Below are positions 26,715 through 39,658 of a DNA stretch of 64,000 bases, piece by piece. Numbering within the stretch: the first letter of the stretch is position 1; each line of letters begins with the position of its first letter. The notes below the pieces were generated by a model. That model did not search any database and was not told the DNA's origin. It worked only from the letters and a program-made list of their open reading frames with translations. This DNA is from Octopus bimaculoides (Eukaryota), in contig NC_068988.1 in the NCBI RefSeq assembly GCF_001194135.2, positions 13,312,650 to 13,376,649 of the forward strand, in the 5' to 3' direction. Made by a program: the position numbers and the translations under genes.

Positions 26715-28400
26715 TGGACAGATCTGTGGGAACTGGAACCTCTCTGTATCTCCTTCCTTCTCCAGGCAGTGTATGACACACTCCCATGGCCAACAAACCT
26801 GCACAGAAGGGGGTTTGAAAGAGGACCAGCTGTGTAGACTCTATGGAGAAAGGGGCACCCTGGCACACATTTTGTCAGGGTGCAAATTAGCACTTAGGCA
26901 AAAGACAAGTGGCATTGTGACCAGTGCTGGATTAACTATTAAGCAAAATAAGCACATGCTTAGGGCATCAAAGCAAGGGGAGAACCACAGAAATGATAAA
27001 TGGTTTACTGCACAAAAGAAGTCTCTCTAAACATGCTATAATAACATTTGGAATGCCTTATCCCTACTAATTAGAGAAGCAAATGTGTTATGTAAGATTA
27101 ATTTTGAGGGTCTGGTCAAAGACATGGCAATTTTAAGAAAGTAGAAAACTTTTTATTTATAAATAAAGTGGAAATATAGAAAAATAAATATTATTTTCCA
27201 TCTTACTGTCAGCTTTCTTTCATTTTGAAAAATAAAATTTTACTTTATGGTTTATTATAGTTTATATTTGGAATTACATATATATGTATAGGCGCAGGAG
27301 TGGCTGTGTGGTTAGTAGCTTGCTTACCAACCACATGGTTCTGGGTTCAGTCCCACTGCGTGGTACCTTGGGCAAGTGTCTTCTACTATAGCCTTGGGTC
27401 GACCAAACCCTTGTGAGTGGATTTGGTAGACGGAAACTGAAAAAAGCCCGTCGTATATTGTGTGTCAGTGTTTGTCCCCCCACCATCGCTTGACAACCGA
27501 TGCTGGTGTGTTTACGTCCCCATAACTTAACGGTTCAGCAAAAAGAGACTGATAGAATAAGTACTAGGCTTACAAAGAATAAGTTCGGGGTCGATTTTCT
27601 CGACTAAAGGTGGTGCTCCAGCATGGCCGCAGTCAAATGACTGAAACAAGTAAAAGAGTAAAGAGAGTATATATGGGCAGCACCAAACTCTTTTAAGTGC
27701 TTAGGGTCTCTATGGGTCTTAATCCAGCTCTGATCATGACAAGGTGCTTGCAACACTTGCCCACACTCTGGAATCGAAAAGGCTCAAGAAACACCATTAG
27801 CTGGGGAAAACAACAGCAGCAATCAAGTTTGTGAAGGAAAGAGAAAAGCCAGTGAAAACAGCAAAAATAACAAATATTCTGCAACATGGAGTCTAATCAT
27901 GGGATATGAAAGTAGACCAGGGGAAAGATTGCAGTCTCCCCAGGTTGTCCAGACATCCCTGAGGTGAGATGTAGTTTTGTGGTCTGAAAAGGTAAAAGAA
28001 ATAATCTTGATTGAGCTTACAGTCCCATGGGAAAAATAGTGTGATCAAGCCTTTGAATGGAGCATGGAGTAGGGATGACAATCATGGTTTTTGCCAGTTA
28101 AGCATGGTTGTAGGGAATTCCCTGCCAAGTTGGTATGGATGATGCTTACAACTATTAGAATAAGAGGAATAGAGCAAAGGGTGGCTGTGCATAGGATGGG
28201 AGAGGCAGAAGAAACTTCTTCTTGTTGGTTATGGAACAAGAGAGAGGAGTTAAACTGGACACCTGGAAGAGATGATGAGCAGTGATTTGCCCACCTCTGC
28301 AGACTCACCTATGGTAGGATGTTACGGTTCAGGATCAAAACAGCTGATGATTGCTGGATACCGTCTAATGACATCAATTCCTCTTACCCAAAGCTCCATT
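26715..28400 (+). mobile_element. Fragmented RLE-class non-LTR retrotransposon relic (R2/Hero/NeSL-like) with nested insertions
   Basis: 26715-26910: LWELEPLCISFLLQAVYDTLPWPTNLH / GLKEDQLCRLYGERGTLAHILSGC (degenerate CCHC knuckle, one frameshift). 28091-28285: PVKHGCREFPAKLVW...GEAEETSSCWLWNKREELNWTPG (RLE C-terminus). A SINE and other DNA lie between the two pieces. Confidence 0.6.
27289..27668 (+). mobile_element. CORE-like octopus SINE, near full length
   Basis: Same family as 5702-6096. Degenerate copies at about 1200-1520(-), 3067-3350(+), 4350-4520(+), 8215-8545(-), 9290-9420(-), 17270-17660(+), 18620-18920(-), 24190-24330(-), 28460-28620(-), 33730-33880(+), 34620-34770(+), 35030-35190(+), 38920-39290(-), 42310-42650(-), 58110-58480(+), 59780-60080(-). 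Confidence 0.85.
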
Positions 28401-29356
28401 CACCTTGGGGAATGGAAAAGAAGCAACTTCTTTCAGATGTTCTCAATAATGATATGTATATGACAGGTTTCTACTCAGTTTTTGTTGGCCAAATCCACTC
28501 ACAAGGCAGTGGTCAGCCCAGGGTTATAGTAGAAGACACTTGCCTGAGATGTCATGTTGTGGGACTGAACACAAAACTTATGTGGTTGCATAGAGTGCTT
28601 CTTAACCATATATCCATGGCAGCAATGATGGGTAATCTTAATTCTAATTAGTTTCAATATCATGGCGAGTGAAAAGTGTCAACAGTTTCCACTAACCGCT
28701 GAATAAGTATAAACAACCCTTTTACATCTTCGTGACACGTTAGGGTATCCATACAATACAAAGCTAATGGTTAACACATCCATCAGTTCGCGTTTCCGTT
28801 TAAATTGCATTGGTATTTGCGTGCGTGTGTACGAGTGTGTGTGTGTGTGTGTGTGATGAAGTTGCGTAATAAAGCTTGTTTTAAGAAAATAACAGTGATA
28901 AGAAGTGATAAGAATTTTAAATATTTTATAGTTCGGAATTAGAAGTTTCTAATATAATTCTATTCATCTGTAGAATGCATTATAGAAATGTATATATCTA
29001 CCCTACCACTTGACTAATACTTTATATTAACGACTGAAAAGAATGAGAAACAAAGTTAACCTCAACAAGATTTGCACACAGAACGTAAAGTATTATAATT
29101 AAATGCCTTGGAGCATTTTATCTTACAGTTCTACCATAAAAGATGTTGTCTTTCCATATATATCATTAAGCCTTCTGGAATAATAAATTAAGAATCTATT
29201 TTTAAATTTCGTTTTTCGTTTCATTTTAAATCTGGATTTTTTGCACATCCATCTCCCCAGGCAATTTATTTCGGTTCATAATAGTTTTCCAGTGCTAAAT
29301 TTGAAACTGACGTAAATAAAGATTGACATTAAAGTATTTGTTGTTTCACTTCAAAG

Positions 29357-29407
29357 ATGGGTCTAACAAGTAGTGTGTTAAAACAAAAAGATCTTGATGA
29401 TTATCAG
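29357..29407 (+). CDS. CIB1: CIB1-like exon 1 (MGLTSSVLKQKDLDDYQ)
   Basis: ATG at 29357, CAG|gtttga donor, 51 nt. Confidence 0.88.
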
Positions 29408-30834
29408 GTTTGAGAAAACATTTATTTATTTCTCTCATTTCATACACATTATATAATGTGTTGGACTTCGCCTACTAACTTGATATTGCGATTCACCCAT
29501 TAATGATTTGCTGTTTACAATACACAATTGTTGTGTAATAAAATGTGATCGGAAGTTTTATTAGATTTCACCTAATTTAATATCTGTTGTTGTTTTGCCT
29601 CTCTGACAGAGCAGACAAACCTATGATCAAATGTTCTCCATATATGACTATTTCATCGCCTTTTCTCAGACTTAGTGCCTCTAGGTGTATTATTTTATAT
29701 AATTATTATTTTAAGATGATAGGATGTGATATGAGGGAGATTTGGCTTTCGTTATTTATAGGTGGAGAGATAACAAAAAGGTTTCTCCGTGGCCTTGCTT
29801 TATATATGTGGAAATAAAACAAGTGAAACACAGAAACATTTTCAGGGCCTAATTACAATTATGTGTTTGCGATTATGTTGGAATTGGAAAAATTGTAAAT
29901 TTTCTTTTGTTTTTCGCATAATTCCTTCCCACTTTGTTTTATCAATCTTAAAAATGCATACTTTTTTCAATGAGATTTTCCTATGGTGTAGATTATTATG
30001 TGAAAGGGAATTTTAAAACCTTTTTTGTTTGCAGGGCTATCTCTTTCCCTGCCGCCACTAAACATTGTTAAATGCATATTTTTTTAATAAAAGTTTTCAT
30101 GTTTTTGAGGGGATAGATTAAGATTAAAAAGTTTTTGTTTTTTTTAAATTTCCTGAAGTTAATTGTACTCTAGACCTTCGAAAACGTATTTGTGGAAAAT
30201 TTCATTAAAAAAAAAACAGGTATTTAAAAAAAAAGTTACGAAGAAATAAATTCGGAATTGTGGGGGGGGGGGCATTCTTTTGACAAATGTGCCCCACTGA
30301 TCTTCCCCCCCCCCTCTGAAACATCTCTGAATTTCATTTAAAAAACATGCATTAAAAAATTATTAGAAAACAAATGTCCCTAGTGTTGGTACAAAGTTAC
30401 AAAAAATTGTAGAGATATTACTAAATACTATATGTGCAGATATTGTTGTACCTATTTATTGGGTTTAGTATGATTCAAAATTTTAGATACTAATTAATAT
30501 TTCAATTGGCGGGATTTTGGAATAGTTGTCTTTTCGAAGTCCCATTCTTCATGGGAAAGGAAAAGAATATGGAAGCGACTAAAGCCCTTCCAGGTAGCGC
30601 CCCAGCATTGCTGCAGTCCTTTGAAAATTTTCAGAATCGTTATATTCCAAAATAACACTAAATTTATATTTTAATTTAGACAATATTGAGTAATGTTGTA
30701 ATATCAAATACTTCGGGGTCTGGGAAGTATGTCAATATTGTGCATTTAAAACAGTAAACCATAAATTGTTTGGAACATTAACAAATTTAAAAAATAGCTT
30801 TAAATATTCTAAAATTTATTTAGAATGTCGGAGA

Positions 30835-30900
<66 letters not shown>

Positions 30901-33900
30901 TATATACATACACACAATAATATCTATCGATTTTTAGTTTAAAATTTGCTGTTTTGCGGACACGCCTTTATAACAATTAAGTCCTGGTAATTCGTTTGTA
31001 GTCATTTCACAGGTTTGATTTCCTAAGTTACAAAAACTATGTCATGCGCTGTTCAACTTTCTTTTATCAATTCATTATAGTTAAACACCTCAAAATAATG
31101 CATCTATACACGTTTTTCTGATTAGTTGTATAAACAAACATTAATCAATCGATAAGTTAACGTTATAACACTAATTTAGCAACTTCATTATTTACCTGTT
31201 GCTCCTCTGTTCGGAAGATTTATAACAGTGAAAGATACAATGCTTATAATAGGCACTCCTCTAGTCACAAACCTAGATTGACACAAAGTGTAAAATATTA
31301 AATTTATTCCCACCAGATTACTTGAAAAAAGAAAAAGCATAGTATTGCTTACTAATGACGTGAATTGCATTTTTATTTTATTTTTTTCTGGAAATTAGTA
31401 ATAAAGAAGTTATTAGCATTTAAAGTTATGTAAATTTTGGAAGAAATTGAACAATGTTTCATGAAGTTTGTATCGGTTAAATTGTTGGCTATCTTTCGAT
31501 TTGACTCGAATTTTGTCAAATAAAGAACTCGGTAATTTCCGTGAACATGTGTTGTTTCGTCAACTGATAGTTGACACATGTTCATGGAAATCCCTGAGTT
31601 CTTTGTTGACAAACCTCGAATCAAACTGAAAGATAGCCAATATCTATATTAAATCTATATTCTAGAGTATGACAAGTTCAAAGAAGCTATGTCGGGCCAT
31701 TTAGAATAAAGAACTTAGATAATTCTGACAGTGAATAAGCATTCAATATAATCAGACGTACGATATTGTATTGTTTTATATTTGGCATTTCTACAGATGT
31801 GTACCCCCACCCGACTTTGTTTCCTCATAACTTCCAGAAAATGGATATTTTTAAATGAAATTTTCTACAAATATGCTTCAGGTGGTGTAGATTTTGATTA
31901 TATTGGAGTATGTGGTGAAAAACAAAAATTTCCAAGGGTGCGGCAAGGAGCTTCGGAATATGCACATGGGATGGCTTTCTTTACTCATAACTTTCAGAAA
32001 TATGGGTAATTTTTTATGAAATTTTCATCAAATAACTTTCAGATGGTGTAGATTACGATTATATTAGAATTTAATATGAAAAACAAAAATCAGTGGACTT
32101 GTATTCACTAGTGTAGCTAGAGTGTGTGCCGCCCGGGGCTGCCCTTCCGTTTGCCGCCCCGGGACCCCACAAAAAAGCACATATTGCCTACAGCAGACGC
32201 AAAAGTGCCGCCGCTATGCAAGTGCTCGTACCCATACATATACGTAAAACAATTTGGTTAATGAACAGAGATCCCAGTGTTTATATATAAAAACAACATG
32301 TAATTGTATGCATAATGAGACATTGAATAATTAAAAATTTTATTTCATCTTCAGCAACTAACATATTTCACTGAGCAAGAAATCTTAGAGTAAGTTAAAA
32401 AAAAAAATTTTTTTCTTTCTGTGTGTGTATGTGTGTGTGTGTACACACGTGCTCTGTTATTTATTAAATCATCATTCTATGGTTTGTTCACATCTTGCAG
32501 ATCAGCAAAAGAGAAAGCTATTTGTGAATCGCTTTAAAGAAAGTTAATCTTGGAAAATATTATATGGCATATCTTTGTGGTTAAGAAGATCATGTCATAA
32601 CCTTGTGATTCCAGGTTTGATCTTGCTACTTGGCACCTTGGACAAGTGTGTCCTGTTCTAGTCTCAGGTTGGCCAATATGCATAAAATTTGGGAGATGTA
32701 AAGCCTGTCATGTGCTTGTTTGCATCTTTGTTTACTGGTTTGAGCTGTATCCCTTGTTATATAAAGAAAACCTTCACAAACCTTAGCTTTTCAATAAAAT
32801 CAGTGCCAGACTAGAATGAGTTTATAGAATCAATTGAAACACTACATGACAATGCTATGTCATGGCTACCTTCCACTGGTCAAAGCTAGTGAAGGAGTAG
32901 TTGACCATTCATCGATTTCATGAATTTGTTTTAACATAGAATATATTATGTGTGTATTTAACTTATTTCCTTTTTCTCTAATATTTCAGGGGTTTCCGGA
33001 TATTTAAATCTCTAGGGAAGGAAGAAGTAAAAAACTATGCACTTAAGGCTAAAATCCCTTTTGCCAGGATTCAGGAGCTTCCTCAACTAAGAGTAAGGGA
33101 CATCTTTGAGTTTCTGATATATATATGTGTATATGTGTCCCAACCATGCCAGCATGGAAGGCAGACGTTAAATAATGATGATGAAAGCCAATCTGATGAA
33201 GTGCCATTCCAAATATAATCATCTGAATACTTCACATGGAATCATTTAAATGCAATGGCTTCAGGAATGGGATGGTACCGATATAATTGTAACTAATTAT
33301 AACCCAGATCAGCATGGAACGTGAACGTCAAATGTGATGTGCTAAATTCATACGCTTGTAATGCATTTGTTCTTAATTGTATTATATGTTACTCTTCACA
33401 AGACTCACACATTGCTTTTACGAGTGATATACCTGGAATTTCTGCAGCAGTGGACTTTCAATTTTCCTTTACCTGGTTTAAATACTAAAGGGTTGAGTCG
33501 ACCTCTCGCACCTACCCTATAATATTATTCTAAAAATAAACAATCATGTGACTGAAATCTTGAAACTATGAAGTAATGCATGACTCAATATAAAATAATG
33601 TGAATAAATAAGAATCACAGTTGAGAAAATAATCTGATTGTTAAAAGATTACAGTTTCAATTCAAGATTGTAGATAGCCAGGAGTTCAGTTTGGGGGTTG
33701 CATTAAAAATGCACTGATTTTCTATTCTATTATGATCTGCTGTTCACTTCCCAAGCATTTGGTTTTGGGTTCAGTCCCACTGTATGGCAACACAGGCAAG
33801 TGTTTTCTACTATAGCCTCAGACCAACCAAAGCCTTGTGAGTAAATTGGGTCAGCAGAAACCCAAGTCTGTTGTGTATGCAAAAGTGCTTGTGCTTCCTT

Positions 33901-35189
33901 AAATAGGAGGAAATATAAACAATGTATGGGATGTTTGTTGGGCTCATGATCATAAGATCATGATTTCAACTCCCTGACCGGGCAGTGTGTTGTGTTGCTG
34001 GGCAAAACACCTCATTTCACAATGTTCCAGTCCACCCAACTGCAAATAAGTCAAACCTACGACAGACTGGCTTCCTGTTCATTGGGGAGTGTTGCAATTA
34101 GTTATATATCATGGAAACCAGGTTAAGTTTTGGACTAATAAAACTTTGGGCTTATGACAGACCTAATTCTAAGTAATTTAATGACTTTTCAGATGAATCC
34201 TTTCCGTGATCGTATTTGTTCAGTTTTTTCCTCAAGTGATGATGAGCATATGAATTTTGAAGACTTCCTACATATGATGTCTGTCTTCAGTGACAATGCA
34301 CCCAAAGATTTGAAGGCTCATTATGCATTTAATATCTATGGTATGTTATAATTTACTTTTAATAATTTTCAACAAACATTAAAAAAAAAATTATGTAAAT
34401 TGTTTTATTTATGAAGTATAATGACATACAAAATGCTACAATAGGTACATTCAATTTGTCATTTTCAGATCTTGATAACGATGAAAGAATTTCTGAACGT
34501 GACCTTTTTGAAGTTCTGGATAGACTAACAGTTGGTAAGAATATGGATGAAGGGAACGAATATTTGCTGTCAATAGAAGAAAAACGGAAAGTAGTTCAAG
34601 AAGTAAGTTAATCAGCTGCTATCATGACTATGCGGTTAAGAAGTTTGCATTCCAACCACATGGTTTCAGGTTCAGTCCCAGTGTGCGACACCTTGACAAA
34701 TGTCTTCTACTGGGCTGACTTAATATCTTGTGAGTGAATTTGGAAGATGGAAACTGTAGGAAACCTGTTATGTGTGTGAATGCTGACATCCTATGGTTTC
34801 ACTTGAGTGAACTGGAAAATGATGATGACCTGCTTTGTCAACATTATGAAGATCACTACACTTTCAAAGACCTGAAGGATTAAAATAAAAATTTAAAAAA
34901 AACCTTCCTTATATGTAAAGTAGGTTGATGACAGGAAAAGTATCTAACTGTAAAATCTTGCCTAAGATATGTTCCCATCCAACCCCTGCTAGCATAGAAA
35001 AACAGGCATTAAATTAAATGTATGCTTAGATGCTGGCATAGCTGTGTGGTAAAAAGTTTGCTTCCCAACCACATGGTTTCAGGTTCAGTTGCACTGTGTG
35101 GCACTTTCAGCAAGTGTCTTTTACCATAGCCCAGAGTTGATCAAAACCTTGCAAGTGGACTTGCTAGGTTGAAACTGAAAGAAGCCCAT

Positions 35190-35245
<56 letters not shown>

Positions 35246-37037
35246 TATACAGGCAAAGAGGCTGAGTTCTTTTCGAGCCTTGGGCCTCACGGAGGCAATG
35301 ACCAAGACCTTTGGCATTATGTCATTTTTGAGAAGAAGACCCATCAAGCCAAGCAAAATTGCAGTTGTGGCAGATACTAGTGTCAGCCAAATGGCACCTG
35401 TGCCAGTGGCATGTAAAAGCAGTGTTAGGAAGGGCCTCCAGCCATAGAAAACCATGCCAAATCAGAGTGGAGACTGGTGCAGCCTTCCAGCTTACCAGCG
35501 CCAGTCAAACCATCCGACCCATGCCAGCATGGACAACAGACATATGTGTTTGTGTCTTTTTATCTTGACATTGCATGAGAGTTGTAAATGAGTGTTGTTC
35601 ATTTCCAATATTCTATGCGAACATACCTGGTCACGGGGAAATGTTAACCTTGCTTGGAAACAGATGAAGGTTGTTGACAGGAAATACATCTGGCCTCTGA
35701 AAATCAGTCTCAACCTCCAGCCCATACAAGCACGAAAAAATGGATATTAAATGACGATGATTATTCATATAATTTTGTGTTTCTTATAGATCATGAAAGT
35801 TGGTGATCTAGATCGTGATAATGTACTTAGCTTCTCTGAATTTTGTCACATCATTGATAAAGCTCCAGATTTTCTAAGGTAAACAATATTTTTTAAAGCA
35901 TGTATGAATTTGCATATTATTTCAGTAAAATACTTAAATCTCTCATTCAATTATTTAAAAAAATTTTTCAGCCATAATGTCTACCTTCTCTGATAGTAGT
36001 GAAATCCTAAGTAATTTTTGTGTTATTTTCAAGGCCTTCATTCAATTGATATTAATCACACATTATCTTGTAGCTTCAAGATATCTATATAATTGTTTAC
36101 TTTTGGAATGACATTGTTGGGTATGCATGAGAGGTTAGATCTGGCTAGTTTGAACATAAAGCAGAATATTTGTGCCAGATATAAGTTTAATTGGTAAAGG
36201 GAGCAAAACGGTCTGCAAATCACAGAATGTGATGCAATTTATAATATAATTTTCAAGTCCCTTATGATTAATTTATGCTTTGAAACCCTGCTCAAATCAA
36301 TTTTAAAGAGCAATCACATACTTGGCACTTGAAATTTATCTTTTGTGAGGAGTAAAGAGCAAAGTGGATAAGATTTTTAACTAAATTTGTGGGTTAGGGG
36401 TTCAAATCAACTGTAGACATTTCATTTCTTGATAGGCTACTTTATTCAGTAGGTCTCAGGAATTACTAATTTAGTTGACTTCAAATGTTTTCATGTTTCT
36501 TTCATTCTATGTGTATGAACATATTACTCTGCATTTGTACAAAGAGAAGGAAAATGTCTGTCAGTTGTGTTCAATTAATTAATTTTAGTGTCTATCTCTA
36601 GTAGAAACAAGCTGAAGGTCTGATAAGCTGTGCCAAATTGTCTCATTCCATCCATTAGGGTAGCTATAACTGGTTAATCTACTTTCAAAGAATTACCTCT
36701 TTCTACACACAGCAGAAACAAAAAGTTAACTATTCACTCTGAGACCCATACAAGGATTAACTTAAATTGAAAATGAACATTATGATTAAAGCAGGCCATT
36801 TTTCAAAACTAATATTGTAATCTTTTAGTTANNNNNNNNNNTGTTCTGTGAAGCCAGAGACTAACATTTAGGTTAAGGCTCTACCAGATATTTGCCCCAG
36901 AGAAAGTCATGCTTGCATTTGTGATTTGTTTCCTTGCTGAAATATGAAGTTAAATATTATTTGAATTTTAATCAATATTCTAAAGATTTTCTTTTTTTTT
37001 TTTGCTTTGTTTCAGTTCATTTATCATTCATCTTTAA
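29357..37037 (+). CDS. CIB1: Calcium and integrin-binding protein 1-like EF-hand protein, complete, 7 coding exons, 193 aa
   Basis: Exons 29357-29407, 32355-32389, 32990-33092, 34193-34340, 34469-34602, 35790-35878, 37016-37037 (582 nt). Product: MGLTSSVLKQKDLDDYQ-QLTYFTEQEIL...ELPQLR-MNPFRDRICSVFS...FEDFLHMMSVFSDNAPKDLKAHYAFNIY-DLDNDERISERD...-IMKVGDLDRDNVLSFSEFCHIIDKAPDFLS-SFIIHL*. MGxxxS myristoylation consensus and two EF-hand loops. CIB1 rather than CIB2/3 is my judgement from the exon pattern and C-terminus. Confidence 0.9.
30839..30915. repeat. (TA)n microsatellite
   Basis: Direct; other (TA)n tracts at about 21380-21420, 35200-35232, 47420-47448. Confidence 0.95.
31820..32170. repeat. 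Duplicated ~105-bp unit with GC-rich end, likely DNA transposon remnant
   Basis: CTCATAACTT.CAGAAA...ATGAAATTTTC...GGTGTAGATT..GATTATATT...GAAAAACAAAAAT occurs at about 31825 and 31985, followed by GCCGCCCGGGG...GCCGCCCCGGG. Confidence 0.4.
32355..32389 (+). CDS. CIB1: CIB1-like exon 2 (QLTYFTEQEILE)
   Basis: ttcag acceptor, gtaagt donor, 35 nt. Confidence 0.88.
32990..33092 (+). CDS. CIB1: CIB1-like exon 3 (GFRIFKSL...IQELPQLR)
   Basis: Polypyrimidine tract and cag acceptor, gtaagg donor, 103 nt. Confidence 0.88.
34193..34340 (+). CDS. CIB1: CIB1-like exon 4 (MNPFRDRICSVFS...HYAFNIY)
   Basis: tttcag acceptor, gtatgt donor, 148 nt. Confidence 0.94.
34469..34602 (+). CDS. CIB1: CIB1-like exon 5 (EF-hand loop DLDNDERISERD)
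   Basis: tttcag acceptor, gtaagt donor, 134 nt. Confidence 0.92.
35790..35878 (+). CDS. CIB1: CIB1-like exon 6 (EF-hand loop DLDRDNVLSFSE)
   Basis: tag acceptor, gtaaac donor, 89 nt. Confidence 0.92.
36832..36841. other. Assembly gap (10 N) in CIB1-like last intron
   Basis: N run. Confidence 1.
37016..37037 (+). CDS. CIB1: CIB1-like last coding exon (SSFIIHL*)
   Basis: Long T-rich tract and cag acceptor, 22 nt to TAA; an N gap lies in the preceding intron. Confidence 0.78.
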
Positions 37038-38409
37038 GACGGAAATCATCTGGAATGCAGTATTTCATTTTCTTTTATCTAGATGTTTCTTTTTATTATT
37101 GTTTCTACTAACATTGGTACAAGCTTACAAATTTGGTAGGAAAGATTAAGGGACTAAAATCAATCCTTGCACTTGACTGGTACTTCATTTTACTGACCCT
37201 GGAAAAAATGGAAGATAAAGTTGGCCTTGGTGGAATTCGAACTTACAAAAAGACCCATAACTAAATTGACAGCATTTTATCCAACACTAACACTGCTGCT
37301 ACTGAATCGAAGACCGAGACATCAACTTCAAATACTTATGGGAAGAAAACAACAAAATTGAAAGCTCAAACAAACTCTCAGGATTTTATACAACTGAAGG
37401 ACATTATTACAAGTAAGCAATAATATATGGTGATTGTGGCAGAATTGACGTGAAAAAAAAGCCAAAATTTGTTGATGTATGTTGTTGTTGTGTAGTCCCG
37501 ATTGAGCAGTCTTATGGCATGCAGGTGCAATCCACAGCGCTATCTTTTCACCTCATTGAAGACCAAACTGCTCCCTCTATTGTCCATTCTATTTTTATAC
37601 ATCTCTAGATTCTGACGGTAGCCTCAACAGAGGTGACAGATGCCAGTCTTCTGTACTTCTTGTTGTACATCCCAGCACAGTGTTTGTGGCCAGCGAAATT
37701 ATTGATGTTGCAGCTATTTGTGTGTGTTTCTTACGCTTTCCTGAAGCGAGCAGGAGAGAAGTTTTTAGGTTGTGCTCTGAGGTATGATTTCATGTAATGA
37801 TAGGATAGGAAACAACTGGGATGCTGACGATATAGCATATAGCATGGCTGACTGGACATTCAACCTGTTTAGACACTGGTACAAATACATGATTGACAAA
37901 CACTTTCCCCTCTCTTCATAAATATAAAGAAGAAACATTCCCAAAGTGCCACACAATCCAACAGAGAACGAAGGGGAGACACAAAATGGCTGATGTCAAA
38001 TAAGTCAGCATTGAATCAGTTTTGCCAGATAAGCAGTTCCAAAATGTTTCATACTCATAATAGGGACCATGTAAGCTGAAGTTTTCTAAGGCAACAAACC
38101 AGGCTCCTTGTATGTCTAGGCGATCTTTCATTTTCACTATTTTTGTTTCAGTATTAGGTGGTCTGTGAAGACAGAGCTTAGTGGTTAGGGTATTGGGCTT
38201 ATGATTGTAAGGTTTTGAGTTCGATTGCTGCTGGCACATTGTGTCCTTGAATAAGATGCTTTATTTCACATTGCCCCAGTCCACTCAGCTGTAATTCAGA
38301 GGGCCAGCCATGTCATACCGTGTGTCACGTGTTTGTGAAGTACTCGGCTACTTACACGTTAATTTCACATGCAGGCTGTGTCCCACTGATTGGATTAACA
38401 GGCACACTT

Positions 38410-38610
38410 GTCATCATAACCGACAGGAGTAGCAGTTATGTGGTCTGTGTACAATCAGTGTAGTGTAGGGGTTTTTTGTTATTTTTGTATCCTTTGAGCT
38501 GATTGTAGTTTGTTGAAAAATTAGTGTCCTGATAGGACTGGCATAGCCCACGATGGGCCTAATGTGTCGTTTGTACACCGTTGTTGTTTGTTTCTGTTGA
38601 TCAGTCAAAT
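38410..38610 (-). mobile_element. CR1/L2/Jockey-type RT C-terminal relic
   Basis: ORF 38414..38608 contains TVYKRHIRPIVGYASP (LYKxxIRPxLEYASP motif). Confidence 0.45.
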
Positions 38611-39658
38611 GTGAGATCTGTAATTGTAAATATTCTATTTTAATACCTGTTTACCAAATGTGGTACCAGTGACTGCAAGTAAAATTCTATTTTATTATCT
38701 GATTGCAAATATAACCTCACCACTTAATTAATCTATCAATCAAATGTGATAACAGTGATTACAAATAAAATTCTATTTATTACTTTTTAACTGATATTTG
38801 AATCAATATGATGTTAAAATTCCAAAACAGCCGAATCTTTGTCACATCTTCAAAAGGGATCATTTATCAAATTTATTACAATGAACCAACAAGGAAGCCT
38901 CTCTGCAGTTGTGAGGTCATGACTGAAATTCCTTTGGTCATAGGACTGCGGCTATGCTGGAGAACCACTTTGAAGAGGTTTGTCAAATAAATCAATCTCA
39001 GTACTTATTTTTCAAGTTTGGTACTTATTCTATCAGTTTCTTTTGCTGAAGTGCTAAGTTACAGAGACATAAACAAAGCAATACTGGTTATCAAGTAATT
39101 GTTGGGTGACAAACACAAAACATACATCTATGGCAGGCTTCCACATAGTTTCTGTCTACCAAATTCAGTCACAAGGCAATGCTTAACCCAGGACTATAGC
39201 AGAAGACAATTGCCCAAAGTACTGTACAGTGGGACTGAACCTGAAACCATGTGACTGCAAAGGGATCTTTATAACCACATGACCAAAATTATAACATTCT
39301 GACGACAGTCAGAAACCAAATCTTAATGCACTGTGTTGTACATAAACATTCTAAATATCAGATTATTGGTCTTGAAAATTATTATCTAAGATTAAAGAAA
39401 CTGAAAGGATTAAAAAAAGAAAGCAAGAGATCAAAATTTTTTTTTATCAATGATTATATTTTTACTTTTGAGTATGTGTGTGTAAATGTTTGTGATGTTT
39501 TGTAAAAGAGTCCAACTTGATAAGAAATTCTTCATGAAAGATGTGTATGAAAGAAAAATTACAGGAAACAAAAGTATTCTATATGTATGTCAGTATTACA
39601 AGATTAAAAATTTTACAGATGAGAAAATGCAGTTAACAGTTCTTATTTGTATGCCCTA

